Source of the DNA: Iphione sp. A-MEVVRFRX5
Taxonomy: Eukaryota
DNA: 64,000 bases
Direction of reading: 5' to 3'
Assembly: GCA_976226885.1 (NCBI GenBank)
Contig: OZ320314.1
Coordinates: 51,274,001 to 51,338,000 of the forward strand
The number at the start of each line of letters is the position of its first letter. Position 1 is the stretch's first letter. A program made the translations under genes and the position numbers. The notes beneath the pieces were generated by a model that worked only from the letters and a program-made list of their open reading frames with translations, was not told the origin of the DNA and did not search any database. Positions 47,801-57,617 of this stretch are shown one piece after another.

Positions 47801-50800
47801 ACACATAGATGTTAATTTAGAGACCTGGGTCGGCTTTTGTTGAGCCCTTTGTGATGTTGGGTACACTAGACTTGTACTGGAAGACAGGCAAACATGATTG
47901 GCTTAGATATGAACCGGGCGAAGACTGGCCAACCCCTCCTACTACAGAGAGGAAAAGTTACTTTTTTGTCCCTAGAGGTTGCGATAGGCTTGGGTGCCAA
48001 GAACCTGTTGTTTTCCTTTGTAGATTGTAGGCTTTCAAATGTCTGGAAGTAAAGGAAACTCATCTATAGGAAACTGTCATCAAACAGAAAATAATCTGAA
48101 GTACATGTACTGTAAGTCCATGTCATAGCATACCCAAACTAGAGATAATGCATTGATATTTGGTTTGACATGGTAGTCATGGATCCAAGACATGTCAAAC
48201 CAGAAGTAGGTTAAAGCTAACGCATGCCATCACCAACTCCCACCGTCTTGTTGGAGCCCACATCATTACAAATTCTGATAAGATCCGTCCTGATTTAAAT
48301 TTATGTACCTTTTTATGATTATACTTCTATATACATGTATGTCTATGTCCATTCCCTATAACATATGATACTGCCTAGAAGCGCCTGTGATATGAAAATT
48401 TAACCTAGTGGCACAGGTTTCCTTTTGAGTGAGTGAGTTTGTTATGGCAGGAAGTTTTTAGGGAACAGGGACACCACATATTAACGAAAAATAATCCAGT
48501 TATCATCAATACCTGATGATGGCAGAATGTATACATGTTGCGTGATACAGTTACACAACGCTAAGTAATATTCATCTCTCTGACCTAAAGCTTACGTCAA
48601 TGGGACCACCATCTAGGGGATCACTGGTGATAATCTTATTTATTGCCCAGCTGCTGTTTGGGCACCCGACAGGGATAGGCTGAGTAATTTAAGATGACTA
48701 GATCACCAGAAGGGATATCCTTCCAGTTAATGCTACTACACCCCCCCCCCCCAAATACACAGTGCCTCAGTTAATCTTTCATTCTAGAACTGTCTTTCAA
48801 TCAGCCCAGGATAGAAAGGCCGATGTTACTTTTGTCAAAAACTAATATATACAAATATAGCGCATAGTCTATTTTTCACGAAGTGATTGTGTGAGGTAAC
48901 TCACACGGAAGTATTTCATCATGTACGCAAAATTGTTGGTAAACACTGGCTGATATATCAATCGCCACGGTGCTTACATGCACCTTTTATAGATGCATAA
49001 ATTTAGTTTCGTGAAGAAGGAATATCAATATGTCTGACACGGAATGTAAACGAAAATGTGTTTCTGCATTTTCGTCCCGCTTCTTGAAACTGGAGGATAC
49101 GCATCGTGCCTCGATAACTTGTAGGACAAACCAGTGGGAGAACCACCATGGTAACGACTAGCTCAGGCAGATGTTTACCCTGTAGTGTTTGCACTATTAT
49201 CTCCAGAGGGTATTCCTTATCAACGTTTACCAGGAAAATCTCTTAGATTAATACACTAATACATTCTGCGCGATACTTCAGGCCTGTAGCCAGGAAGTTT
49301 TGTGGGGGTATCTGAAATTAGACAGGTGGAACTCTTAGTGAGAGCTGTGGAACTCCTGGAGAGACAGGTGGAACCCTAGATGAGCAATCAACATATTTCC
49401 TCACATTTCCTCACTTCTTTTCACCAGTTTTGTATTTTTCAGTTGACTTAAGAATTTGACATTTTCAGCTGAATGTGTGGAAATGACACTGTTTTGGGGC
49501 TGAATGTATATGAATGGCAGTGCTTTTGGACCAGATTTGCACGAATCTTACCATTTTTTTCAGAATTTGCAAGTATTTTTCTCTCAGTGGAACTCATGGG
49601 TATTCCGGGGGTATCAGACGATACCCCCAATACCCCCTTGGCTATGGGCTTGTACTTTGAGGGAACACTTGCGATTATTTTAGATCAGGAATTTAGTTCA
49701 AAATGTTAACACCAGGTGGCCAAGTATTTCGAATATGCTGCTTGTAACTCTTTTGAAATCTATCAATTCACTACGAATTTTATACTATACATCTAGGATC
49801 TATGCGTCAGTTATGTATGAAACATAATTCCTGTATGTGCAATAGTTTATTTTTCTAGAGTGTGAATCGCAAACATGATGTCACACATATTGATCACTAT
49901 CATAATACTGTCTCCATGAACAGATTGCATAATTTACCTTCTATCTCTTAAGTCACTCTCACAAGAGTGCCCTTGGGTATAAAAATAAGATCTGAAGGCA
50001 GGATTCTTTCAACTTCCTCTATACTGTAGTCAATGGGTACCCTGTAAAATTTTGATTTCTGTTACATGCAGCAACACGGACATACACAAGTTCTTGGAAT
50101 ACATCAACTGATAATTGACCTATTGCTTGGATGGCTTGGGCATTTCCAGTCTTTGCTTCTCTTTGAGTGGTGGATCTACTAGAACCCTTGTGAATTTTCA
50201 GAACTATACAAAGTTTCACTCAGTGAAGGTCTGTAGCTAGGAAATATTTAAATGCTACCATGCAGCAGTCAAATACAGATGAACTTGGACACTGTCCCGC
50301 CCTTCCAATGACAGGTCAATTGATTGATCTCAATAAACCATGCCAACGCTCTGAGAAGTTTATATATATACAAGTGCCTTTGGCGCCAGCCCTTGATCTT
50401 TGTTTACATGTGGTCAAGGTCAAGGTCATTAGTGTATTACTACACCTAATTGAAAAAGTAGTGCCAGATTTTTTCTCTGCTTTCTTTTGTATTATCTTTT
50501 CTACCTTAATACATGTGGCAGTTTCAGTTATTCTAAAAAAGATAAACATAACAATAAAAGAATAAAGAAGTTAAGAGCTTTAGGAAGAGTCTCACACTAA
50601 TGAGACCTCTCCCCATGGCCGTACTACTTTCAGGCAATATTTTATATAGGTAGTGTAACCAGAAAAATACAAGGAATACTGTCAAAATGAGGCATTACAT
50701 AACATGAAAAATTGAAAACTTAATGAATGGAATGTTCTTTAGTGCCCCAGGTGTCTAGTTTCCCAGTTCTCTGGTTTGCTGGTCCTTCGGTTTTTTATTT

Positions 50801-53800
50801 CATTGGGTCTATGGTTCTCTAAATTTCTTACTTGTCCTGTGTTAAAAACTCCAAGCTTCTAGTTTTCAAAATTTCTAACACTCTAAATAATCTTACTCTA
50901 AGCTTCTAGTTCTTTTAATCTCCAGGTCTATGTTATCCTATCCTCTCATTCTTTATATCTGTTACTATCCAGGATTTCCATTTGTTTGGTATCCTGGTCC
51001 CTTGTTCTTCTAGCTTGCCTAGGAGTCTGATATATTTCTATAGTTCTTTATTCATATGTCTCTGCCCATTAGGACCACCGATGATCTTGTGGCCGCAGTG
51101 GATGGTCTGGTTTACAAAGACCAGGAGACGAACACAGCGGATGGCTTAAAGGTGCTACGGGAGCAGCTCTTCAACACTGCCAACGGTAAAGAGCCTTGAG
51201 TTGCTCGACTTAATTTGTGTATATTACTTATCTTATTGTGGGTCCTTTTCTAAACGATTAGTACAATCTGTGTATGGTTAACCAACCCTTTTGACTCACA
51301 CACATCCATACATAGTTGAGACTCGTTTAGGAAACAAAGCTTGGGATTGGCCAATCTTTGTCTCTCTTACGGTTTGGCCACTATAGATATAGCATTTATA
51401 GAGTTAAATGAATGATTAGGTCTCCGTTTTGCGTTTGTTTCTTCTGTGGCCTGGTCTTTAACCGGGTCGGCACTGTATAGCCATAGGTGAAATGTGAACA
51501 ATTATATGAAGCATAATCCGCTGTTTCATGCACACATCTATCGACATGTACGTATGTAATATGTATGACGGGTTATATAAAGTGGATAATGACTGTCGAT
51601 GACACACCAAGTTCCTCAGGCCTCTTTCATCGAGAAGAGGGCCACTGACCCGTAGACTGGGATAGTTCAGCTTGCATTTCGGTATTACCTGGAACTAAAG
51701 AGGGGTACAACCAATACCATGCCCACCAACAACAGGTACCATTCCCTGCAACCAGCATCACTGTGACAAAGCATATTCTAGTCAAATTTATATTCATTTA
51801 TAGTGGAGGTTTATCTGCTTGACAAGGCCTTTCTAGCGTAGCACAGCGTCACAGGAGTCCATGTTGCTCGTTGGGCGTTACCACTTTCCCTTGGTCAGTC
51901 CCAACCGTCCACCACCACTGTCATCTGCACGTCCACCTCGAGTACTTCTAACTCAATTTCCCAGCGTGGTGCAGCCATCTTTCTCCCCATTTAGAATTTG
52001 TATCAAGTATGACCTGTTCTCTATGTGTTTTTTTCTTTCTTAGGGGACCGTCCAGACGCCCAAAATATTGCAGTAGTGGTCACCGATGGTGTATCTACCG
52101 TAGACCCGGAGAGGACCATCCCAGAAGCAGAGGCGGGCAGAGCAGAGGGCATCATTATCTTCGCCATTGGAATAGGAACCGAGGTTAAGCAGGTAAGGGA
52201 ACACTCTTCGTTTTCAGACATGTCTCTAGACTAAGGTCATGTTCATTGTACAGAGACAGGATGGTAACAAAAGTCTTCGTCAAAAACGTTTGGCTTTGAA
52301 CTGCAGTTCACCTTTCTGACCCACTGAACGTCAAACAATCCATGTGCAGCTTTATTCTGTTAATTTTCTGCAGATAATCTGCCACACCCAGATTGGCCTT
52401 TGTCCAACAAGCATGTTTTTTTCGTACAACCTCTAATACATCCACAGGGTCCACAGCAGATAGACTGAAAACTTCGGGGAGGTACGAGTTTGAAAAGGAA
52501 ACTTCCCAAAATACCTTTGTGAAGAAAGAAAATGAGGGAGGGATATATTTTGGGCATTTTAGGGGAGAAGCAATGAAGGAATGTCTAATTTGTCTTCAAG
52601 GTTATCGTGTGGCCTACACTAGAGATGGTGTATACATTAGAGATGACGTAGTAATGTCTTTCACTGTGAATAACAGTTTTGTGATTATATTCATCATAAT
52701 GTTGGGACACACTTTTTTGTTGACACTATGTTGAAGAACATGTGCGACTGCACTATTCTCTCTACTGTGGACATACAAAATGTAAACTATCTACGCATAT
52801 TTGTCTTTGTTATGTAGGGTGGCCGTAAATATCATAGTTTGACAAATGCCAAACTAAATATTGCATGAACGTTTCACCGAATACACATGATATTCATCTT
52901 CTTAGGATGAGCTGAAGGGAATAGCCAACAGGCCGTCTGAGAGCTACATCTATGAAGCATCTGACTTCGAAGACTTGGTTAACAACTACGAGAAGGTGCT
53001 TGGTTCAGCCTGCTATGCGGCAGGTAAGGGAGAGGACTGAGATAATTGACAATTAGAATAAAATAAGATCTTGCACTCTTAATTTGTACGTATAATTCAA
53101 TGGGATGACACTCTGTTGACAGTTTTAGACCAGTGTAGACACTTGAAATTGTCAGGGTATATTTATGGCTGGGTGGTACGTAGAGGACCGACCAGGATGG
53201 AGGACAACCTAGTAAGAATGAAGGGATTGACATTGGGTCGGAGGCAACTCCTAGCCCTCCTGTGAGCAGTGATGCTTCTCTAATGGCCAACTTTTAACAA
53301 AAAATCTATCTGGACATGTTGGTGCCCTTTTATTTACCTTCATCTGTACGAGCTCCACCAGGGCATATCTAGACGATGGGTTCTCCTGTGGCTGCTCAAC
53401 CCCCTAGTTAACAGGATCTGATCCTGCACAGTGATATCTCCAGACACCATTGCAGTTGACTTGGCTTGGCTTCACCTTTGATATGATGATGTGTTCGTTT
53501 GTGTCTCTCGTAAACGGTTCCGGTCGCTGTCTTTCAAGTTAACAAAGAGTGAAAGGTTTTGTTTAATATCACGCTCCTTTGTCTCTCTTTATACCTTTAC
53601 AGCCAATGAAGTCTGGCAGTGCATGTTTGACGACCCAGATCCGGCCAATCGTCTGTGTGGCCTTCGACAAGAGCAGAACGACCAGTTCGATTGGACAGTT
53701 CATTCTGGTCCGACACCCTCCGAGAACACGGGGCCTAAGAATGCCTTTTCAGGACTCTACTACATCTACATAGAGACAAGTAGTCCACGACTACTGGGAG

Positions 53801-56750
53801 ATGAGGCCAGGTAAAGTATAGTGGAAGGGGACAGGATTTTAGAAAGGAGGGACTAGTTAACACTAACCTAGAGAGGCCGATGAGAAAGGGTGGAAGTGTA
53901 AAGAAATATTTGCCTTTTTAGTACAATCGACCCTCTTTATCAGACACAGACTGAATGCTGCTAAATCGGTTTGTTACATGGATGGTGTCGCTTTGTGAAA
54001 TCTCAAATTCCACTCAAAGGTACAAAGTGCCGCAGGAGATTTTGTTGGGTATGCAGGTTTGTATCGGGTTTGTCGGGTATAGTGTCGTCGGTAAGCGAGG
54101 AATGAATCTATATGAATCAATAGACAGGTAAACATTAACCACATGAAGATGATGCCAGGAATCAAAATAGCGGCGGCAGGAGGAAGGAAGTAGATGCAGT
54201 TTCAGGAGGAAGAGTAACAAGAGGAAGACATTGAAGAGAGGAAACAGTAAACAAAAAGCTAGGAGGTAGAAGAAATGAGGCACGGGGAAAGACATTGTTT
54301 CAACACATGATCTTATGGTCTTATATATTTGAAAAGCTCCGATTTTTCGGGTGGCAAATTAAGTTTCAAATACTTTTTTTCTCCCATAATACAATTTTTT
54401 AACACAACAGAGTAAAATAGCTGGTAGCAGAGACAGGAACTGGCTAGCTGCAATTCTACTTTCAAATCAAACTGGCCATCGACCTGTCCATGTTGTACCT
54501 ACCTATACCTAACTCTTTCCTGCTCAAAATATCACGGAACTGGACACCTACCCTAAGAAATAAAGTCACTCAACGTACTCATTCACGTATTCACCTATAC
54601 ATATGCACCCATCTGCCTACATATTTTCCTTTGTGAATTGTATATTCTTTTTTATATTGGCCAGCCATGGAAAAGGGATACCAAAGATAAAGTAGCAACT
54701 CAACAATGTGATCACCCAAGGGACTATCCTTATCTGCCTGCTACTGCGGGTTGGTTGCATTTCTGAATACTTGATGAATATGATGATGGATAAAATTGAA
54801 TATTTTAAAAAAAGGTAGACAAGGAGTATTTCTGAACTTTTGAGGGATATGATCATAAGATATACAGTAGACATCCATGTAGATGACTACCTGTTAGACT
54901 GGATGAAATAGGCTTTGATTATGAGGCCAACAAGTGCTGAACTTGATGAGTAAGAGGCCAAAAAGTTCTGAATTTGATGAGTAAGAGTCATAGAGTAAGT
55001 GGTCGCATTTACACTTTTCCACTAATTTGCAGTATAAACCTGCCAATTATGGTATAATCCAAACGGTTTGCAGTATAAACCCACTGAGTGGTCACTCTAA
55101 CCCCTCTGCCCACACCTTAGACAATGAAAGGGTTGGGTTTGGTCACTCCTCCTCCCTGCATTGAGGCGAGGTCCCACCTCTTCAGGGTGAAACATGCCAC
55201 TTTCTTTCTTGAAATGGCGGGGTGAGCATGTCACACTGTCTTATTGCCCCAAAACTACCGTATATGCTGGTTAATATAGGCCTTTCAGAACCAGGTCATA
55301 GGGTGAGTTGTCCACTTTTCAGGTTGGCCATATTTCTGAATCATATTTCCATTGATTTGTATAGAACGCTCATTTGTGACTAATTGCAAAACCGCCCACA
55401 TCTGCAGGTTGCTTGTCTAGTTGAGTTGCCCGCTAAGTATGCCCCTACTGTATTTGGGTTAGAATTTCCATTTAAGCAGTTACATAACCTCAACAACGAA
55501 GAAAATGAAATTTAGTCATAGAAAACGTTATTTTATCATTTTTCATGAAGTAGGTGTTTTGAAGCTATCCTAATAATGGTGTATCCTAATAAGGAAATGA
55601 ACCATTAAAATGAGAGCTTAAAATTCAAGATTAATTCACATATTTTATCAAAGTGTTTTACACTAGAGAAGTTCAAAAGATTTGCACCAAATTATGCCTG
55701 GACATGTTCTCGAGTTTTCATAGTTTTACAGGTGTGTACCCTTTTGCCTGACCGGTCACATAGGTACCTAATAATTCTAACGTACCCCACACCTACTTTA
55801 CCTACTTATCTACCTAACTCATTGCAGACTGATTCTGCCGCTGGCAATGCCTGAACTGGGCACCTACTGCCTACGGTTCTACACCTACATGTTCGGCTAC
55901 CACGTGGGGGCGCTACAGGTGTTTGTACGTCGTAGTAACATAGACGTAACCCGATGGACGATATACGGGCCAAGAGGTCCGGTGTGGACGGAGAAGTTCG
56001 TCGATCTGAGGCTTCAGCCCGGTGACCAGGTAGAATGACCTTATATACACATATATATATATGCATATATACGTATATGAAAGGCATAGCAAATAGTTCC
56101 TAAGTTATATCAGTTGTTCCAGGAACACTGTACTTCTTACCAATTATTTCTAGATACATGTAGAGGCCTCCAAAGAGTGATAGGCCTGCAACCGATGCTT
56201 AAACCGATCTGCTTGTAGGTAAACCAACTAATGTGTTTGCTTCTTGTAAACTGCTCAATGAACTTTTTAAAATTTTACATTGCTTATGTTTACCATACGT
56301 GTTCTTCTAGTTGATCTTATTTCTGGTGAGTGAATAAAAACTGTGGTTGTCATTATATATCGTAAACTCAGTACAAGGAAAATGTTTAAAAAACAGCAGT
56401 TATACAGAAGACCCGTAATGTCTTCAACTACCCTGTGTTTATGTATTTATATATATTACCCATATTTATATATTTGTAGTGCAAATAACCGCCTTTTTGA
56501 AGACATAATATGTGATTCAGATTATTCTTTCCAATGGAAGTCTTGTGTTTTCAACAGAGTCTTTTTTGGCGTAAATTGACCAGTAGCTAGTGTTTCATCA
56601 AAGAGCAATGCATACAGGCTTTTGATGAGAGATTTCAATTTTTTACGCTCTTATCAATAGGTTGGTATGCGTGCAACGAGAGGGTCTGGTTACTCGGGTG
56701 ACATCGCCGTCGACAACCTCCGAGTTACCGAGGGCTCCTGTCCCATCTAG
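29864..56750 (+). CDS. Secreted-type protein with three von Willebrand A domains and a C-terminal MAM domain (matrilin/collagen XII-like vWA family)
   Basis: Exons 29864-30185, 31801-31961, 32776-32881, 33167-33297, 34743-34960, 42894-43108, 43939-43971, 47421-47607, 51073-51185, 52044-52192, 52906-53023, 53603-53810, 55828-56029, 56661-56750. They total 2253 nt (750 aa + TAG), all GT-AG and phase-matched. MIDAS motifs DASGS, DSSGS, DGSGS with TNT and TDG; MAM motifs C-x-FD, FDW, YIYIETS, CLRFYTYMFG, GDIAVDN. Confidence 0.93.
31125..31734. mobile_element. PIF/Harbinger-type MITE
   Basis: 24-bp TIRs ggcccggtttccttacctgcggtg / caccacaggtaaggaaactgggcc (2 mismatches); TTA TSD at 31122-31124 and 31735-31737; internal short A-rich repeats. 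Confidence 0.85.
31899..32300 (+). repeat. Five-copy 81-bp tandem repeat derived from the 3' end of a vWA exon plus its donor
   Basis: Unit gagcaaggcatcatcatgtttact...gagatagag|gtaaggatagggtatagg; GT sites at 31962, 32043, 32124, 32205, 32287; copies 2/4 and 3/5 resemble each other. Confidence 0.9.
34100..34277. mobile_element. Tc1/mariner (pogo-like) MITE
   Basis: TA|cagtagaacctctct ... agagggattccactg|TA; internal gtgtcctt repeats. Confidence 0.8.
36145..36175 (-). repeat. LINE 3' tail: AATAAA + 8-bp tandem repeat x3
   Basis: Plus strand tttcaaag x3 at 36145-36168 and tttatt at 36170-36175. Confidence 0.85.
36270..39086 (-). CDS. ORF2 APE endonuclease - reverse transcriptase (frame open from 39245; first ATG 39086)
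   Basis: GISETWL, MGDININW, CLDHIY, SDHLPV; YRPVSLL, QFGFR, FLDMSKAFD, GVPQGSILGP, YADD, FLG; C-terminal SFKYKGGRTWN typical of CR1/L2/Crack-type ORF2. No internal stops. Confidence 0.95.
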   Translation of the reverse strand: MRLLLVFMMTVLRLGVWNSRSALGKIDDIKTLLQTKGIDVLGISETWLRQVVPDGLVNVSGYKIFRQDNNVEKTGRKLEGGVSVYVPIRWEAEIIPELTTSEIWGEALGVKVKPGMRKTHYVIVTYRRPNTSLTDFIDYLEQGLNVISPKSDKLVTIMGDININWLTRNRPYRVMKSFADRNSMSQYITEPTHDCLSCLDHIYTTSTDVKRHGTMLMGSSDHLPVFIDLKKGKRKIQREVKHMRNYTRYSFAALEDGLASCNWELPDESIDSHWEVLENNARKVINTIAPYEERVVRQSRGPALSARVKELQRERNYFRRRFLKTGSEDYQRMYRYYRNLTNYEIRRCKKEVVQKGLAENRQNPRDMWKYLNGAVFGNRTREGEVRLKEGGTMIESEETAEKLNEHFVTSVEKAAVSLGSVSLGNEGVGLNREWEMADFGHVDESYVSKLITRQKDTKPSGIPDISMRCLKDLLKIKLVMFTGIINLSLRDAIVPRVWKVSTVVPIFKRGSRQDKSNYRPVSLLPVPGKILEGVVMHKVSTYAEEKGILAKQQFGFRRGRGTLLACAGLLGDAYEDLNRGRYAALTFLDMSKAFDLVNHSLLKEKLKNSGFTGRVIDWFDAYLSDRFQAVKCNDRMSSLRRVVTGVPQGSILGPWLFLIVINDIVSVSFPCKLTIYADDVTIYSWGTSALALAKKTQFTLEQVSKWCTKNGFLLNEGKTRYMTLGKASKFNLDLRLNGKAITKVASFNFLGYQLDEKLSFKQSIEAKRKKLNSCVHLIRRAKHLLNREASILVFNAYFIPHMDNGIVFEMGASKTQRDMMQKCLVQAVNSCILGRGTRTNDVHDWMNSVKMMDYHQKGEYYTALVYRSMISLQLCPMVEGGRTKAGAAPRVDLSKPSSEQYKQSFKYKGGRTWNNYPSHWKNLELPAFKSAIHRSIFS
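39246..39880 (-). pseudogene. SGNH/GDSL esterase-like ORF (about 211 aa) broken by a single frameshift near 39670
   Basis: Block I VISDSQGR, block II PGKG, block III AGITNI, block V DGCH. Adding one A to ACAAATTAG joins the two track ORFs (39665-39922 and 39246-39617). Confidence 0.8.
40063..40629 (-). promoter_or_regulatory. Array of five bulged RNA hairpins in the LINE inter-ORF spacer
   Basis: Sites 40603-40629, 40446-40470, 40323-40343, 40187-40207, 40063-40083; sense consensus GC-(U/A)-GGGNN-hexaloop-NNCCC-GC with compensatory changes. Confidence 0.7.
40156..40411. repeat. Recent 120-bp duplication (136-bp period) inside the LINE spacer
   Basis: 40156-40275 vs 40292-40411; four transitions. 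Confidence 0.92.
40704..42572 (-). CDS. ORF1, 622 aa: basic/low-complexity N-terminus, coiled coil, RRM-like ORF1p core, C-terminal NADAR (YbiA-like) domain
   Basis: Kozak aaaATGG. ORF1p-like NIILDGMNE...AYRLGK...RPIMAKL...IYLREDLP. Residues about 472-622 (41159-40707) show LSN, DPRK, W...EGIAAKLEQH..FREELMST..KLLIEGSRDSVYG, GLNLGGQALMELR. Confidence 0.85.
   Translation of the reverse strand: MVLPAKQREGTPTMLTRQGKSAQLSGNTREFVLGKQNEKKGKSGTPSKATGAPKTPVIAQQRGQRGGTGQAATATKAVTGVAAGASAGVTAGPAAGAGTAATTCTGTATETVTGECPQTATSFPIYTRDGTDHPAYPGLNPESPQATPVDISTLSKGELPGAGTSLTNIGGPTEHAQGGPEAGHHCQLDTGITGEPQPLPSLPSLLQIARGQDLILQSMSEIKSTVSQNVSKLEAISLTGSVSTSIQTTLDSTIKALESIEKRLSGVEETLKKFETSDLKPTVTNCEHSIIDLQSSIWQIESDYDMLHRKIQDWEIEKRSMNIILDGMNEHDGENVWRRVTDLFQAMDKGFRSSNLLCAYRLGKKGQCTRPIMAKLSCVEVRNTVLANRTKLPNITNADSIYLREDLPKWAQSIYRDLQAVASVARKEGKKATIRGLTLRIDGEVYEYDQLERLPPEVSLSATCKYVTDECVVYKGPHCTLSNDSKLLVTVAGEDYPTISRWCLAEFARLHNRTDARDRVLDKSDPRKLNSIVKDIVPSSDWITARFEILKEGIAAKLEQHDKFREELMSTSQKLLIEGSRDSVYGASCPFWKVDLDEEELPGLNLGGQALMELREGLMAST
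49279..49652. mobile_element. MITE with CAGG termini and 5-bp TSD (hAT5-like), copy 2
   Basis: Same family as 20853-21133 (gtggaactc repeats, gatacccc end); caggcctgtagcca / tggctatgggcttg; tactt on both flanks. Confidence 0.75.
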
Positions 56751-57545
56751 TTGTGACGTCACTCATTGTCAACAGTTGCATGACTCTTTATGACGTCACA
56801 TCCAGAGTCTTTCATCAATTCTTCACAGACACGTACGGGAAGCGCACACTATTAGATACCCAGATCCATGCAGTGTATTGTACATGTGCACAGGATTGTA
56901 TTGCAGTCAGTTCAACTCCAAGTAGAAACATAGGAGTCTTTGTCTTCTTGCAGCTAGCCTGAGAATCGATCAGCATATAAAAATATTGTATTGATTAGTG
57001 CTTTATCCGTTTGACTGTCGTGCAAATGTTTTCATCAGTTGATTGTATGTGCATTATTCTGGAGCATCATACAGACAGAGTCATTTGAATCTTTATGAGC
57101 AATTTTGTTTCGTGATTGGAAAACTTGATATAAATGTACATGACGATTGGAAAGATTGGTCATCACCTTTTATCTTGATTGGAAAGATTTTGTATCAATT
57201 CATATCATGATTGCAAAACACCGATATCTATTTATACTATAACTGCAACTAGAGAACGGAAATGTGTCAAATGTGTACTTGATGAAACAGTCAACAGTGG
57301 TTAACTGTGCATAAGTTCGGAAGTTTGATATTTGCGACGAAAACATTACTTTTATTTCAACCTGTATTTATATTTTAACTAGAAAGATAGCAAACCATGT
57401 TAAATATGATATATGTAGGTATTATTATCGTTATAATTCTCATATCAGCACCAGTGAGTCGAGCTATATGTTGGCCTGTTTTCGCACACTTCTTTATGAC
57501 AATTATCTTCAAGTTTAATAATATGCGACTAGTCAGTTATAAAGG

Positions 57546-57597
57546 AGCCCAAGATATTACATTGACGATTAGCCCAAGATATTACATTGACGATTAG
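57546..57597. repeat. Perfect 25-bp tandem duplication in the presumed 3' UTR
   Basis: agcccaagatattacattgacgatt x2. Confidence 0.9.
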
Positions 57598-57611
57598 TAT
57601 GATTTTAAAGC

Positions 57612-57617
57612 AATAAA
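57612..57617 (+). terminator. Candidate polyadenylation signal of the vWA-MAM gene
   Basis: AATAAA about 860 nt after the stop, followed by T-rich sequence. Confidence 0.4.
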
